Positions 8,965-17,927 are shown, numbered from the stretch's first letter. The stretch: DNA of 42,375 nt from Parcubacteria group bacterium GW2011_GWA2_49_9 (GCA_001004005.1 LCQF01000009.1:1-42375); one strand, 5' to 3'. A program made the numbers and translations. Notes: generated by a model from the sequence alone, not told the origin.

Positions 8965-9335
8965 ATGACTATACCCGAACTCCACTTAAAAATCAAGGAG
9001 CTTCAAGAACGGCTTAATACAAGGGAAATCTACACCGTTTTGCTCATTCTGGTCGTCGGTTTCGGCTCATTCGGGCTCGGCCGGCTCTCAAAACTACAAG
9101 AAGGGAAGTCGTCTATTCGAGTAGAGCAAGCAGTGGCCGCGGTTGCCTCGGTTCCTCCCCTCCTTTCCAAGCCCGCCCGAACGGCTGTTCAGTCGGGCGG
9201 GGAGGGGACGGGAGGGGTGGTGGCGTCTGTAAAAGATGAAGGATTAAAGATGAAGGATTCCGGTGGTTTACTTCGGTTGAAGAAGCACGGAAGGCAGGAT
9301 ATACGCCGGCGGCTAACTGCAAAGGACTTAAATAG
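8965..9335 (+). pseudogene. Membrane-anchored Ada-type metal-binding-domain protein, frameshifted
   Basis: TM helix (SFGLGRLS) then GGVVAS; C-terminal WFTSVEEARKAGYTPAANCKGLK* is in another frame (9261-9335); junction holds aaagatgaaggatt x2 (9232-9259). Confidence 0.7.
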
Positions 9336-9374
9336 CTTATAGCTTTTAGCTGATAGCTTCTAGGAAAGACAAAC

Positions 9375-9635
9375 ATGAAGAATATAGTCATAACCGTCTT
9401 GGCGTGGGCATTTATTATTGTAGGTGTTATCGGTGTATTCCTGCCGTTCTTTCAGGGTATCCTGTTTATCATTATCGGGCTCTATCTTCTCTCAATCGGT
9501 TCGCCCAAGGCACACAGAGCATTGCAGCTGGCGTATTTCGCGTTTAAGGTTCGTTTTCCCCGTGTCGCGTTTACACTGGTAAAAATTGAAAAAAAGTGGG
9601 AGGATATGATTTCCCGCTGGCGTCGTCATCCGTGA
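9375..9635 (+). CDS. Small membrane protein (YbaN/DUF454- or PGPGW-like)
   Basis: GVIGVFLPFFQGILFIIIGL hydrophobic hairpin. Confidence 0.7.
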   Translation: MKNIVITVLAWAFIIVGVIGVFLPFFQGILFIIIGLYLLSIGSPKAHRALQLAYFAFKVRFPRVAFTLVKIEKKWEDMISRWRRHP

Positions 9636-9766
9636 CGGTTGTTCTTCCTCTCTCCCAGCTCCCCTGCCAGAGGGGAGCTCCCGAGTCTGCGAGGGTGAGG
9701 GGTGGGAGCAAGGGAGAGATTGTGAAATAGTCGTAGACTAAGAGGGGGTTATGAAGAATAAATTTT

Positions 9767-9840
9767 GCGCGTTTAGCTCAGTTGGTTAGAGCGTGCGATT
9801 CACATTCGCAAGGTCGCAGGTTCAACTCCTGCAACGCGCA
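9767..9840 (+). tRNA. tRNA-Val(CAC)
   Basis: Acceptor gcgcgtt/aacgcgc, anticodon arm tgcga-ttCACat-tcgca, T arm gcagg-ttcaact-cctgc, discriminator A; CCA not encoded. Confidence 0.93.
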
Positions 9841-9853
9841 TAAATATAAGTCT

Positions 9854-10603
9854 ATGACAGCAAAAGATTTGAATGACCGGATAAATAATTTCTGGGGATA
9901 TGGCAGTTTAGAGTCACCCACATGGCTTGTGGGTATGGAGGAGGGGTTTTGTGTCACCTCGGATACAGCGGCTGATAGAAAAATGCTGGAGCGGCAGTTT
10001 TTGCTACCAACGGCAAACGGGATGTTTGACGCAAGCCGTCCGATTGACAAAGATATATGCGACTTAACTAATTTGTCGCCATTTTTACCGAACGCAAAAT
10101 TACAAAGAACGTGGGAATTTCCTATTACGTTATATATGTTTCTTCGTAAGGGAAAAGTGTCGCATGGAGATGAAGTCGTAGATTTTCAGCGTTCTACCCT
10201 TGCAGACGGAAAAAAAAATGAAGTAGCAACCCTAGAACTTATGCCACTTCCTTCGCCAAGTACTTCGGCTTGGCTCTATGGCGATATTCAGGGATTTGAA
10301 ACGCGGAAATCATATCTCAAAGCATATAAAAGGGCACGAGCCCATGGGTTGAGAGAACTTGTAGAAAAATATTCTCCCAAGTTGGTTATCTTCTATTCCG
10401 TTGGATATCTGCGCGACTGGGAGGTGGTGAACGGGAAAATGTTCGAGGAAGTTATGCATCAAATGTACTTTTCAAAAACGGAAAAGACATCTCTTTGTGT
10501 TATTCCGCAACCACGGTATCTACCACGTGCGTATGAACGTTTATACGAATATGCAGAAAAAATCAAGGGAAGGATTGATTTTCCCGATAGTTTGCGTATA
10601 TGA
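9854..10603 (+). CDS. Hypothetical protein, possibly uracil-DNA-glycosylase-like fold
   Basis: 249-aa AT-rich ORF from ATG 9854; motifs FWGYG..WLVGMEEG, ELMPLPSP, PKLVIFY; fold assignment is inference. Confidence 0.7.
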   Translation: MTAKDLNDRINNFWGYGSLESPTWLVGMEEGFCVTSDTAADRKMLERQFLLPTANGMFDASRPIDKDICDLTNLSPFLPNAKLQRTWEFPITLYMFLRKGKVSHGDEVVDFQRSTLADGKKNEVATLELMPLPSPSTSAWLYGDIQGFETRKSYLKAYKRARAHGLRELVEKYSPKLVIFYSVGYLRDWEVVNGKMFEEVMHQMYFSKTEKTSLCVIPQPRYLPRAYERLYEYAEKIKGRIDFPDSLRI

Positions 10604-11340
10604 AAATCCTTATTTTTCAACACGTTCCGCATGAATCTCCCGGATATATTGCCGACTACGCGAAAGAGAAGGGAATAACCCTTACCGTTTTGGAGCTATG
10701 GAAGCCCTATACGATGCCGGAAGCGGCGAGCTATGACGCGCTTATTGTGCTTGGAGGGCCGATGGGCGTGTACGACGACTTTCCGTCCAAAGAAGATGAA
10801 TTGCGAGTGATTCGGGACACTATGGGTAAAAAACCGCTTCTTGGTATTTGCCTCGGAAGCCAGCTTCTCGCGCGCACGCTCGGCGCTAAAGTATACAAGA
10901 ATTTCAAAGACGGAAAGCGCGCCAAAGAAATCGGCTACTACGATGTCACACTGACGAAAGAGGGAAGTGAGTCACCTTTGTTCAAGGATTTTACTTCTTC
11001 GTTTAAGGTGCTCCAGTGGCATGGCGATGCATTTGATTTACCCCCACACCAATCCGCCGAGGATTGGTGTGGGGGCGTACCGCAAGGAGCGACTCTCCTT
11101 GCCTCATCGCCTCTCTGCGACAATCAGGCATTCTTGTACAAGAGCGCGTATGGGACTCTCTTTCATACAGAATTCACGGTGGATATGGTGAAAAATCTGG
11201 CTGACATTGACCGCGCATGGACTCACGAAGATTTTAATCTGGATGAGCAAAAACTTTTGGCGGAAGCTGAATCTCTCGCACCGCTTATGAAAAAACAGTG
11301 CTACCGACTGTTGGATAATTTTCTTGTGAAGGCCAAATAA
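10600..11340 (+). CDS. Type 1 glutamine amidotransferase with a 13-aa palindrome-derived insertion
   Basis: QHVPHESPG, LGGPMGV, catalytic GICLG, WHGD, FHTE; ATGA overlap with upstream gene. Confidence 0.92.
   Translation: MKILIFQHVPHESPGYIADYAKEKGITLTVLELWKPYTMPEAASYDALIVLGGPMGVYDDFPSKEDELRVIRDTMGKKPLLGICLGSQLLARTLGAKVYKNFKDGKRAKEIGYYDVTLTKEGSESPLFKDFTSSFKVLQWHGDAFDLPPHQSAEDWCGGVPQGATLLASSPLCDNQAFLYKSAYGTLFHTEFTVDMVKNLADIDRAWTHEDFNLDEQKLLAEAESLAPLMKKQCYRLLDNFLVKAK
11039..11081. repeat. CCCCCACACCAA/TTGGTGTGGGGG palindromic element inserted in frame
   Basis: cccccacaccaatcc-gccga-ggattggtgtggggg flanked by TACC direct repeats 39 bp apart. Confidence 0.88.
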
Positions 11341-11351
11341 TGCATGTTGCT

Positions 11352-11381
11352 TATAGGCTAATTCGTGCGAATTAGCCTATA
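11352..11381. repeat. 30-bp intergenic palindrome
   Basis: tataggctaattcg-tg-cgaattagcctata (14+2+14). Confidence 0.8.
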
Positions 11382-11415
11382 TACATAAGACAAATCTTGT
11401 GATTATCTTAATGGT

Positions 11416-12402
11416 ATGAAAATGCGGTTTTTGCGTGGAGTTGTCCTGCTGGTTATCACCGTCGCCGGAGCGTATATTGCCACCACCTCCGGCCGGCATA
11501 TTTCCGTTGAGAATACCGCAGCGCTCCCGCTCGCTGTACCGAAAGTATCGCAGGAAGTAACAATGGTATTCGCGGGAGATATTATGCTTTCCCGTAAGAT
11601 AGGGGAGCTTATAGCTACTAATGAAGATGGTACGTTTCCATTTGCTTCTACCACCGAGCTTATCAGTTCCGCCGACATCGCGTTCGCGAATCTGGAAAAT
11701 CCCGTTTCTACGGGCGGAATACGGTCGGGCAGTATCTACTCGTTTCGCGCCGACCCTAGCGTGCTTGAACGCGTACAGAAAGCGGGCTTTAAGGTAGTAT
11801 CCATCGCGAACAATCACATCTGGGATTACGGGAGGCAAGCATTTCTGGATACACTCGCTCATCTCTCCGAAAGCGGGATAGCGGCGGTTGGCGGAGGAAT
11901 GAATTATGACGAAGCACACGAACCAAAGATGTTCACTGTGGGGGAGACAAACATTGCCTTTCTCGCGTATACCAATCTGCTTCCCGCTTCGCTCGGACTC
12001 GCAAGTTCCACTCCGGCGGTGGCGCGGTATGACGACGATGTTCTGCAGAAAGATATTAAACACGCCAAGGGGTTGGCGGGTTTAATTGTGACCTCATTCC
12101 ATTGGGGCGAGGAGTACCAGACGAAACACAACGCCGAGCAGGAGCGTATCGCGAAGCTCGCGATTGATTCGGGGGCGAATCTCGTCATCGGGCACCACCC
12201 ACACGTCGCACAGGAGGTTGAAGAATACAATGGCGGCTGGATTGCGTACAGTCTCGGCAATTTCGTCTTTGACCAGAATTTTTCGGACGATACCAAACAC
12301 GGCCTTGCGTTACTCGTGACCGTAGTGGACGACAAAATCACCGACGTTACGCAAAAACAAGTCGCCTTTACTGACGACTATCGGCCGTATTTTGAAAATT
12401 AA
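11416..12402 (+). CDS. CapA-family metallophosphoesterase (poly-gamma-glutamate synthesis protein-like)
   Basis: FAGDIM, NLENP, ANNHIWDYG, HWGEE, GHHPH, YSLGNFVFDQ; N-terminal TM anchor. Confidence 0.93.
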   Translation: MKMRFLRGVVLLVITVAGAYIATTSGRHISVENTAALPLAVPKVSQEVTMVFAGDIMLSRKIGELIATNEDGTFPFASTTELISSADIAFANLENPVSTGGIRSGSIYSFRADPSVLERVQKAGFKVVSIANNHIWDYGRQAFLDTLAHLSESGIAAVGGGMNYDEAHEPKMFTVGETNIAFLAYTNLLPASLGLASSTPAVARYDDDVLQKDIKHAKGLAGLIVTSFHWGEEYQTKHNAEQERIAKLAIDSGANLVIGHHPHVAQEVEEYNGGWIAYSLGNFVFDQNFSDDTKHGLALLVTVVDDKITDVTQKQVAFTDDYRPYFEN

Positions 12403-12681
12403 GATAAATAACCCTCATAACGAGTTCTACTATACTCTGTAGTATGAGAGAACTCGAAATCGGGAAATTTGATACAACAACAAGTTGATGTTCAGTCTTT
12501 TTTATATGCAGTGAATGCTTTTGTCGAAATGCCGAGAACTTCACTGCTCGCTGTGCTGCGCTCTACGAACCCTCGGTTCTCAGCACTCGAAGACTCGTTG
12601 CTCTCCTACACGGGGAACTCCCGTTTCCCGACCCCTTCCCTAGTTCAAATCTCGCCACCTCTCATTTCGCTAACGCTTCAA

Positions 12682-12752
12682 TCGGGATGCCGAGATTTGA
12701 ACTCGGACCCTACGAACCCGAATCGTAGATACTACCGTTATACTACATCCCG
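12682..12752 (-). tRNA. tRNA-Pro(CGG)
   Basis: Acceptor cgggatg/catcccg, anticodon arm tacga-ttCGGgt-tcgta, T arm ccgag-ttcaaat-ctcgg. Confidence 0.92.
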
Positions 12753-12798
12753 TTTACCACGAAATAGTAGCAGATTTTCCCGATTGAGCAACAAAAAC

Positions 12799-13566
12799 CT
12801 ATTCCGTACTTAGGGTGCGGTCCTCCTTAATTGAATTCCAAACCATAAGGAAGACTTTTTTCTGCATCTCCGCCACTTCCGCCGATTCAATAATGAAGGC
12901 GTGTGGGTTTTTCTTGTCCACGTAAAAAAATATGACTTTGTCGCCGTAGATGCTCATTTCACCGGGAAATGCATAGTCCTCGGGGGTATACTTTATCTTC
13001 CTTCGCGGACTGGCAGGTAAATCCTTTACCGTCTTTTGGTTGCAGGGAAGTATCAAATTTACCGTAACCGGCTCCGCCACCTCTTTCTTCAGCCAATCAG
13101 GAAAGTATCGAGGTAAAAGTTCATTAAGCGCATCTAGGTTGGAAAAGGCATAAATTTCTCGAAGCCCATCTTTATACGCTTCCAAAATATCTTCCCAGAT
13201 GGATTGTACTCCGTCCTTTCCTTTCACGAGGCGGATACTAACTCCTTGCTTAGCGCTTGCGGAAAGATTTTTAATAAAGGGGAGGGCATGCGTAATGACC
13301 TCTTCTTTTTCACGTAGCTTCGTCACCAACTTATTAAGGCTCTCGGCCGTAAAGTAAGCTACGCCATTCTTCCTTGATTTACTCACAAATCCATCACGCT
13401 CCAATGATTGGAGGTCAAGGTATACGGTAGCGCGCGCAATTCCCGTATCTTTCACCAGGTCTGTAGCCGAGGCCTCAAGCCGTCTCACAAGTGCTAAAAA
13501 GATGCGGGATTTTCGCTCGCTCATCCCATACGTTATAAGTGCTTTTTTTGCATCAATTTCATTCAT
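12799..13566 (-). CDS. TrmB-family transcriptional regulator
   Basis: YGMSERKSRIFLAL, TGIARATVY..L..L...GFV wHTH; C-terminal IYGDKV..F...IIES effector domain. Confidence 0.9.
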   Translation of the reverse strand: MNEIDAKKALITYGMSERKSRIFLALVRRLEASATDLVKDTGIARATVYLDLQSLERDGFVSKSRKNGVAYFTAESLNKLVTKLREKEEVITHALPFIKNLSASAKQGVSIRLVKGKDGVQSIWEDILEAYKDGLREIYAFSNLDALNELLPRYFPDWLKKEVAEPVTVNLILPCNQKTVKDLPASPRRKIKYTPEDYAFPGEMSIYGDKVIFFYVDKKNPHAFIIESAEVAEMQKKVFLMVWNSIKEDRTLSTE

Positions 13567-13699
13567 GTGTCAATGATAACATAATTCCTGACAAATGCAA
13601 GTGGTATAAATATAGCCATTTATAACACTATATCTGCATACAGGACTATCTTAGTCATCTTCTATGACTGCAGCTTAAGGCTGTGATAAAAATAAGACC

Positions 13700-14875
13700 A
13701 TGAAGAAAGTTATATGGTCAATAGTTGGAGTTGCGACACTTTTATTTCTAATTGTAGTCGTTGCGGCTCAAAGTGAAGTGATATCAAAAAGCCTTGGTGC
13801 GGCGACACAAGGAACTGATAAAGGTGTCGATGGTCCCATTAAGATAGGTGGAGCCTTCGGGCAGACGGGTATTTGCGCCGAGTTCGGCGAGGGGGAATTT
13901 CGAGGCGCAACGCTTGCGGTTGAGGATATCAATATGGCGGGAGGAATAGATGGGAAAAAGTTAGTCCTTGTTGCCGAGGATACGCTCTGTGAAAACAAAG
14001 GAGTAGCCAATGCTACTCAGAAGCTCGTAAGTATTGAAAAAGTCTCGGCCATTATCGGCCCCACGTGGGGAGATACGTTCCAAAGCGGATATCCCATTTC
14101 TCGTTCCGCGAATGTTATTTCTATCGGAGCATCTTCAGCCCTTGAGTCTCTTGTTTATACCGGGGCATCAAACGCGCTTGTATTCTCGACGTGGTTTCCA
14201 CAAAACCTTGAAATAGACGCCTTGGAAGCATACATCGCTTCGCAGGGTCTCAAGACGGTCTACATCATCCATGACCAAGATCCGTTCGGCGCCATGATGG
14301 GCATGCTTTTTAGAGATCAGGCTTCCCGTAATGGCCTCAGTATCATCGGCGAGGAGGTTGTTGCTACGGACATTTCTGATTTTCGCACACACATCACAAG
14401 GATGAAAAGCAAAAAACCTGATGCGGTATTCGTCTCGTTCGTCAGCCCCGACCACAAGGCTATTTTCTTTAAGCAAGCGAAAGAGCTCGGCTTCGCCACA
14501 CGTCTCTTCGCGTCCGCGGATACTGAAAATCCTGCCTTACTTGCATCGTTTTCGGATGCTCTCGACGGAGTCGTGTTTACTTCGCCGAAAGGTGCGACAA
14601 GGTATGACGAGTTTGCGCAAAAGTACGAGAAGCGCTTCGGCGAAAAACCACGAGTTTCTTCCAGTCATGCCTACGATGCGGTACGTGTTCTCGCGGCAGC
14701 TATCAAGGAAGCGAAAACGACAGATGGTTCTGATCTTGAACGAGCGCTTCTCTCTGTCGAAATTCCCGGCGTGACCTACAACACGCTCAAGTTTTCTGAC
14801 AAGCACCAGATTGTCGGTGGAGAATTCGTAATAAAAACAGTCCGGAACGGAAAGTTCGTAATAATCAGTAAATAA
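13700..14875 (+). CDS. Branched-chain-amino-acid-type substrate-binding protein (LivJ/K-like)
   Basis: N-terminal TM, PIKIG, INMAGGIDGKKLVLVAED, IIGP, AYDAV; no permease or ATPase adjacent. Confidence 0.9.
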   Translation: MKKVIWSIVGVATLLFLIVVVAAQSEVISKSLGAATQGTDKGVDGPIKIGGAFGQTGICAEFGEGEFRGATLAVEDINMAGGIDGKKLVLVAEDTLCENKGVANATQKLVSIEKVSAIIGPTWGDTFQSGYPISRSANVISIGASSALESLVYTGASNALVFSTWFPQNLEIDALEAYIASQGLKTVYIIHDQDPFGAMMGMLFRDQASRNGLSIIGEEVVATDISDFRTHITRMKSKKPDAVFVSFVSPDHKAIFFKQAKELGFATRLFASADTENPALLASFSDALDGVVFTSPKGATRYDEFAQKYEKRFGEKPRVSSSHAYDAVRVLAAAIKEAKTTDGSDLERALLSVEIPGVTYNTLKFSDKHQIVGGEFVIKTVRNGKFVIISK

Positions 14876-14896
14876 GTCATTCTAAAAAGGCAGTCA

Positions 14897-14928
14897 GAAG
14901 AGAGCGGTCATTAGAGGCCGCTCTTTTC
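14897..14928 (+). terminator. Putative intrinsic terminator
   Basis: gaagagagcggtc-attaga-ggccgctcttttc. Confidence 0.6.
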
Positions 14929-15039
14929 GTCTGCGTATTTCAAGTTACAACACGCTTTGTGGGTTGCATTGAAACGGGATGCTTTTTATACTTAGGTAGA
15001 TTACCTTTCGGGTGGTCTATTGTCAGCTAATTTTTTAGT

Positions 15040-16155
15040 ATGGTAAAACATGTAACAAGTTCAGGAGGAGTCGCGTTTGCCGTCGCGGCGTTCGCGCTCT
15101 TTACGGCAACCGGAGTGTCGGCGCAGACAGAGAGACTGGCTCCGAAACCGGCGGCGGTTCGCGCCGAGGCACGGGTTGAAGCACAAGTGAACCGTCAGGA
15201 GGTACGGACGGATGCGCAAGCGGCACGGCAAGAAGCGCGACAGGATGTTAAGACAATTCGCACGGAGGCGCAAAATGTTCGCGGGCAGGCTGTAGAGGAC
15301 ACTCGCGCCGAGGTGAAGACTATCCGACAGGAGGCAGTGACCAACACTCAAAATCTCCGACAGGAGGTTCGTAAGGAGGCGCAGACGGTACGGCAGGATG
15401 CTCGCGCCAACGCCGTAGAAGTTCGCGCGAACGTGGGGGCGGAAATTAACGCAATTCGGGCGGACGGCTCCAAGACGGCGGAAGAAATCAAGACTGCGGT
15501 CATGGAAAAGAGGGAAGAGGCACGCAAAGTGCTTGAAGTAAAACGAGCCGAAGTACAGGCGACCGTTACCGCAAAACGCGAAGAATTTAAACAGAAGCTT
15601 GACGAGCGCAAGGAGGCCGTGAAGGTGCAAATTGAGCAAAAACGAACGGTACTCAAAGAAAAACTCGCCACGATTAAGGATGAACGGAAAAAGAGTGTCG
15701 TTGAGAAAGTTGACGGCCAACTTGACGAAATTAACGCCAAGCAAACGGGAAACCTCGCAAATCTGCTGAACAACATAGAAGAAGTCCTGAAGAAGATTAT
15801 TTCCCGAACCGAAAAGGCGGAATCTTCAGGCCGAACCGTGGCAAGTGTACGAACCGCTGTCAGCGCGGCAGAGACGGCAATCGCCTCGGCCCGCGCAAGC
15901 GTTACCGCTCAGGCGGCGAAGACGTATGCTATCAGTGTTACGACGGAAGCCGAACTTAAGGCGTCGGTTGAGGCGGCGAGGCAGGCGCTCCGAGCCGACC
16001 TTACGGCTGTGCAGACTTCGGTAAAGTCGGCGCACGAGGCAGTACGCGTGGCCGCGACATCGCTTTCGGGTATCCCCAGCATTAATAATTTGGAAGTGGA
16101 GGCCGAGGCCACGACGGAAACCGGAGCTTCAGCATCCACGGAGACGGCTAACTAA
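15040..16155 (+). CDS. Secreted coiled-coil protein with internal RQE/RAE repeats
   Basis: Signal peptide (..GVSA/Q), long charged Ala-rich helical body with ~11-aa repeats. Confidence 0.85.
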   Translation: MVKHVTSSGGVAFAVAAFALFTATGVSAQTERLAPKPAAVRAEARVEAQVNRQEVRTDAQAARQEARQDVKTIRTEAQNVRGQAVEDTRAEVKTIRQEAVTNTQNLRQEVRKEAQTVRQDARANAVEVRANVGAEINAIRADGSKTAEEIKTAVMEKREEARKVLEVKRAEVQATVTAKREEFKQKLDERKEAVKVQIEQKRTVLKEKLATIKDERKKSVVEKVDGQLDEINAKQTGNLANLLNNIEEVLKKIISRTEKAESSGRTVASVRTAVSAAETAIASARASVTAQAAKTYAISVTTEAELKASVEAARQALRADLTAVQTSVKSAHEAVRVAATSLSGIPSINNLEVEAEATTETGASASTETAN

Positions 16156-16167
16156 CCCCTTGCTACT

Positions 16168-16380
16168 ATGAAAAAACTTTTACTACTCATTGTACTTATC
16201 GCTCTTGTTGTCTTCGGAGTTATGTATTTTGGAGTACCCAAGGCTGCGGCTCCGACCGAAACCGAGGTTGATGCGTCAGCGGATACGACCGACAGCATCA
16301 CCGATGACCTTGATTCGTTGAATCTGGATGAATCCAATGCAGACCTCAATTCACTTGATGCAGATATCAACAGTCTTTAA
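16168..16380 (+). CDS. Small membrane-anchored acidic protein
   Basis: MKK + hydrophobic helix, Asp-rich tail; directly followed by terminator. Confidence 0.8.
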   Translation: MKKLLLLIVLIALVVFGVMYFGVPKAAAPTETEVDASADTTDSITDDLDSLNLDESNADLNSLDADINSL

Positions 16381-16390
16381 GAAGCAAACG

Positions 16391-16428
16391 AAAAACACCC
16401 CTTCGGCAAGAGCTGGAGGGGTGTTTTT
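16391..16428 (+). terminator. Intrinsic terminator
   Basis: aaaaacaccccttcggc-aaga-gctggaggggtgttttt. Confidence 0.85.
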
Positions 16429-16480
16429 GTTGCGTTTTTCTTGCTACTATCTACTAGCTACTTACTATTTACTTTTTCAA

Positions 16481-17080
16481 ATGATTATCGTTGACGTAGA
16501 ATCCACCGGCGTAGATGCCAAACTACATTCGCTCCTTTCTGTCGGGGCGCTTGATTTTGATAACCCCACCAATCAATTCTATATGGAGTGCAGGGCTTTT
16601 GACGGCGCGCACGTAGAAGATGAGGCACTTGTGGTTGCTGGATTCAACAAAGAACAAATTCATGACCCGAAGAAGAAAACCGACAGGGAAGTGGTTGAGG
16701 CATTTTTGGGGTGGATGAAAACCTGCAAGGAATGGACACTGGTCGGGCAGAATCCATCCTTTGACCGCGACTTTCTCCAACAGACGGCACATCGGTATCA
16801 CCTGAACTGGCCACTTGCGCAACGCACGATTGACCTGCATACGATTGCGTATTTTCTCCGTCTTAAAGCGGAGAAGGAGATACCACTCCGAAATAATCAC
16901 TCCGCGCTTAATTTGGACAGTATTTTGAACGACGTTGGACTTCCAACGAGAACCGAAAGCCATAATGCGCTTGATGATGCGAAGCTTGAAGGGGAAGCGT
17001 TCTCGCGGCTTCTTAACGGAAGGGGACTTTTGGCTGAATATAAAGGTTTTCCAATACCCCAAGGTATCGGGGTGTCATAG
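16481..17080 (+). CDS. DEDDh 3'-5' exonuclease
   Basis: ExoI IVDVESTG, ExoII GQNPSFD, ExoIII HNALDDA; ATG at 16481. Confidence 0.92.
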   Translation: MIIVDVESTGVDAKLHSLLSVGALDFDNPTNQFYMECRAFDGAHVEDEALVVAGFNKEQIHDPKKKTDREVVEAFLGWMKTCKEWTLVGQNPSFDRDFLQQTAHRYHLNWPLAQRTIDLHTIAYFLRLKAEKEIPLRNNHSALNLDSILNDVGLPTRTESHNALDDAKLEGEAFSRLLNGRGLLAEYKGFPIPQGIGVS

Positions 17081-17111
17081 TACGGCTAAGAATAGAGCTT
17101 GTGGAAATCCT

Positions 17112-17139
17112 AAAAGACGGCCTTACTAGGCCGTCTTTT
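17112..17139 (+). terminator. Intrinsic terminator
   Basis: aaaagacggcct-tact-aggccgtctttt. Confidence 0.8.
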
Positions 17140-17173
17140 CGCATTGACGCAACGCCGAAATCGTTGGATAGTA

Positions 17174-17202
17174 TTGACAGGGAAGTCAAACTGTGATAGT
17201 AT
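17174..17202 (+). promoter_or_regulatory. Sigma70-type promoter
   Basis: TTGACA (17174) - 17 bp - TAGTAT (17197) with extended TG. Confidence 0.7.
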
Positions 17203-17453
17203 GTATCTACCAATCAGACGAGAGTCTGGTTGTTGTTTTTAACGAAAAATCAAGGAGCGAAGCGGCTACCCAAGCAAATTTCTAAAGGAATTTGAACGGG
17301 CAAGTAATTTTCGTTATCCAGCCGTAGTTTTGAAGAATTTTTGAAAACTACGGCTGGATGATGATTTTTATGGTCGCAAATATCACATAGGTATTTCCCA
17401 ACTTCTTAACTCTTTTACTCGTGAGAAATTGGGTTGCTCCCTAAAAATCAATC

Positions 17454-17927
17454 ATGATGGAATTAACAACCACCGCGCTTTTCCTTTTTTCTACGTTTTA
17501 CGGCGGTGTGCCGTCAGACGTGAAGAATTCGGAACGTGCCGCACTTCCCGCCGCATCGTCGGCCGTGGCGCACGTCGTGGACCAACCTTTGACATTGGAG
17601 GAATACATCCGTGACTACTTCAGGGATACACCTGTCATGGCGGAAATCGCAAAATGCGAGTCTCGCTTCAGGCATCTCGGGAAGAACGGCAAAGTACTCC
17701 GTGGTGAACTGACCGCCGAAGACACGGGTGTGATGCAAATAAATACATTCTTCCACGAGGACACCGCCACCGTACTCGGTCTTGACCTTCACACGTTGGA
17801 CGGCAACTTGGCCTACGCCAAGTGGCTCTACAAGAAAGAGGGCACAGCGCCGTGGTACTCATCCGCGAAATGTTGGCAGAAGTCGGATGTTCTGGCTAAA
17901 GCAATCATAAAGACGACATCCAACTAA
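17454..17927 (+). CDS. Lysozyme-like / lytic transglycosylase (SLT-like) protein
   Basis: IAKCES (catalytic Glu), GVMQIN, N..YAKWLY..EG..PW; N-terminal signal-like segment. Confidence 0.85.
   Translation: MMELTTTALFLFSTFYGGVPSDVKNSERAALPAASSAVAHVVDQPLTLEEYIRDYFRDTPVMAEIAKCESRFRHLGKNGKVLRGELTAEDTGVMQINTFFHEDTATVLGLDLHTLDGNLAYAKWLYKKEGTAPWYSSAKCWQKSDVLAKAIIKTTSN

Noticed and set aside
9782-9853. N-terminal extension of ORF 9782..10603
   Set aside because: Overlaps tRNA-Val; ATG 9854 is the plausible start.
16328-16480. N-terminal extension of the exonuclease ORF
   Set aside because: Runs through the upstream gene, a terminator and a repeat; the ExoI motif begins at ATG 16481.
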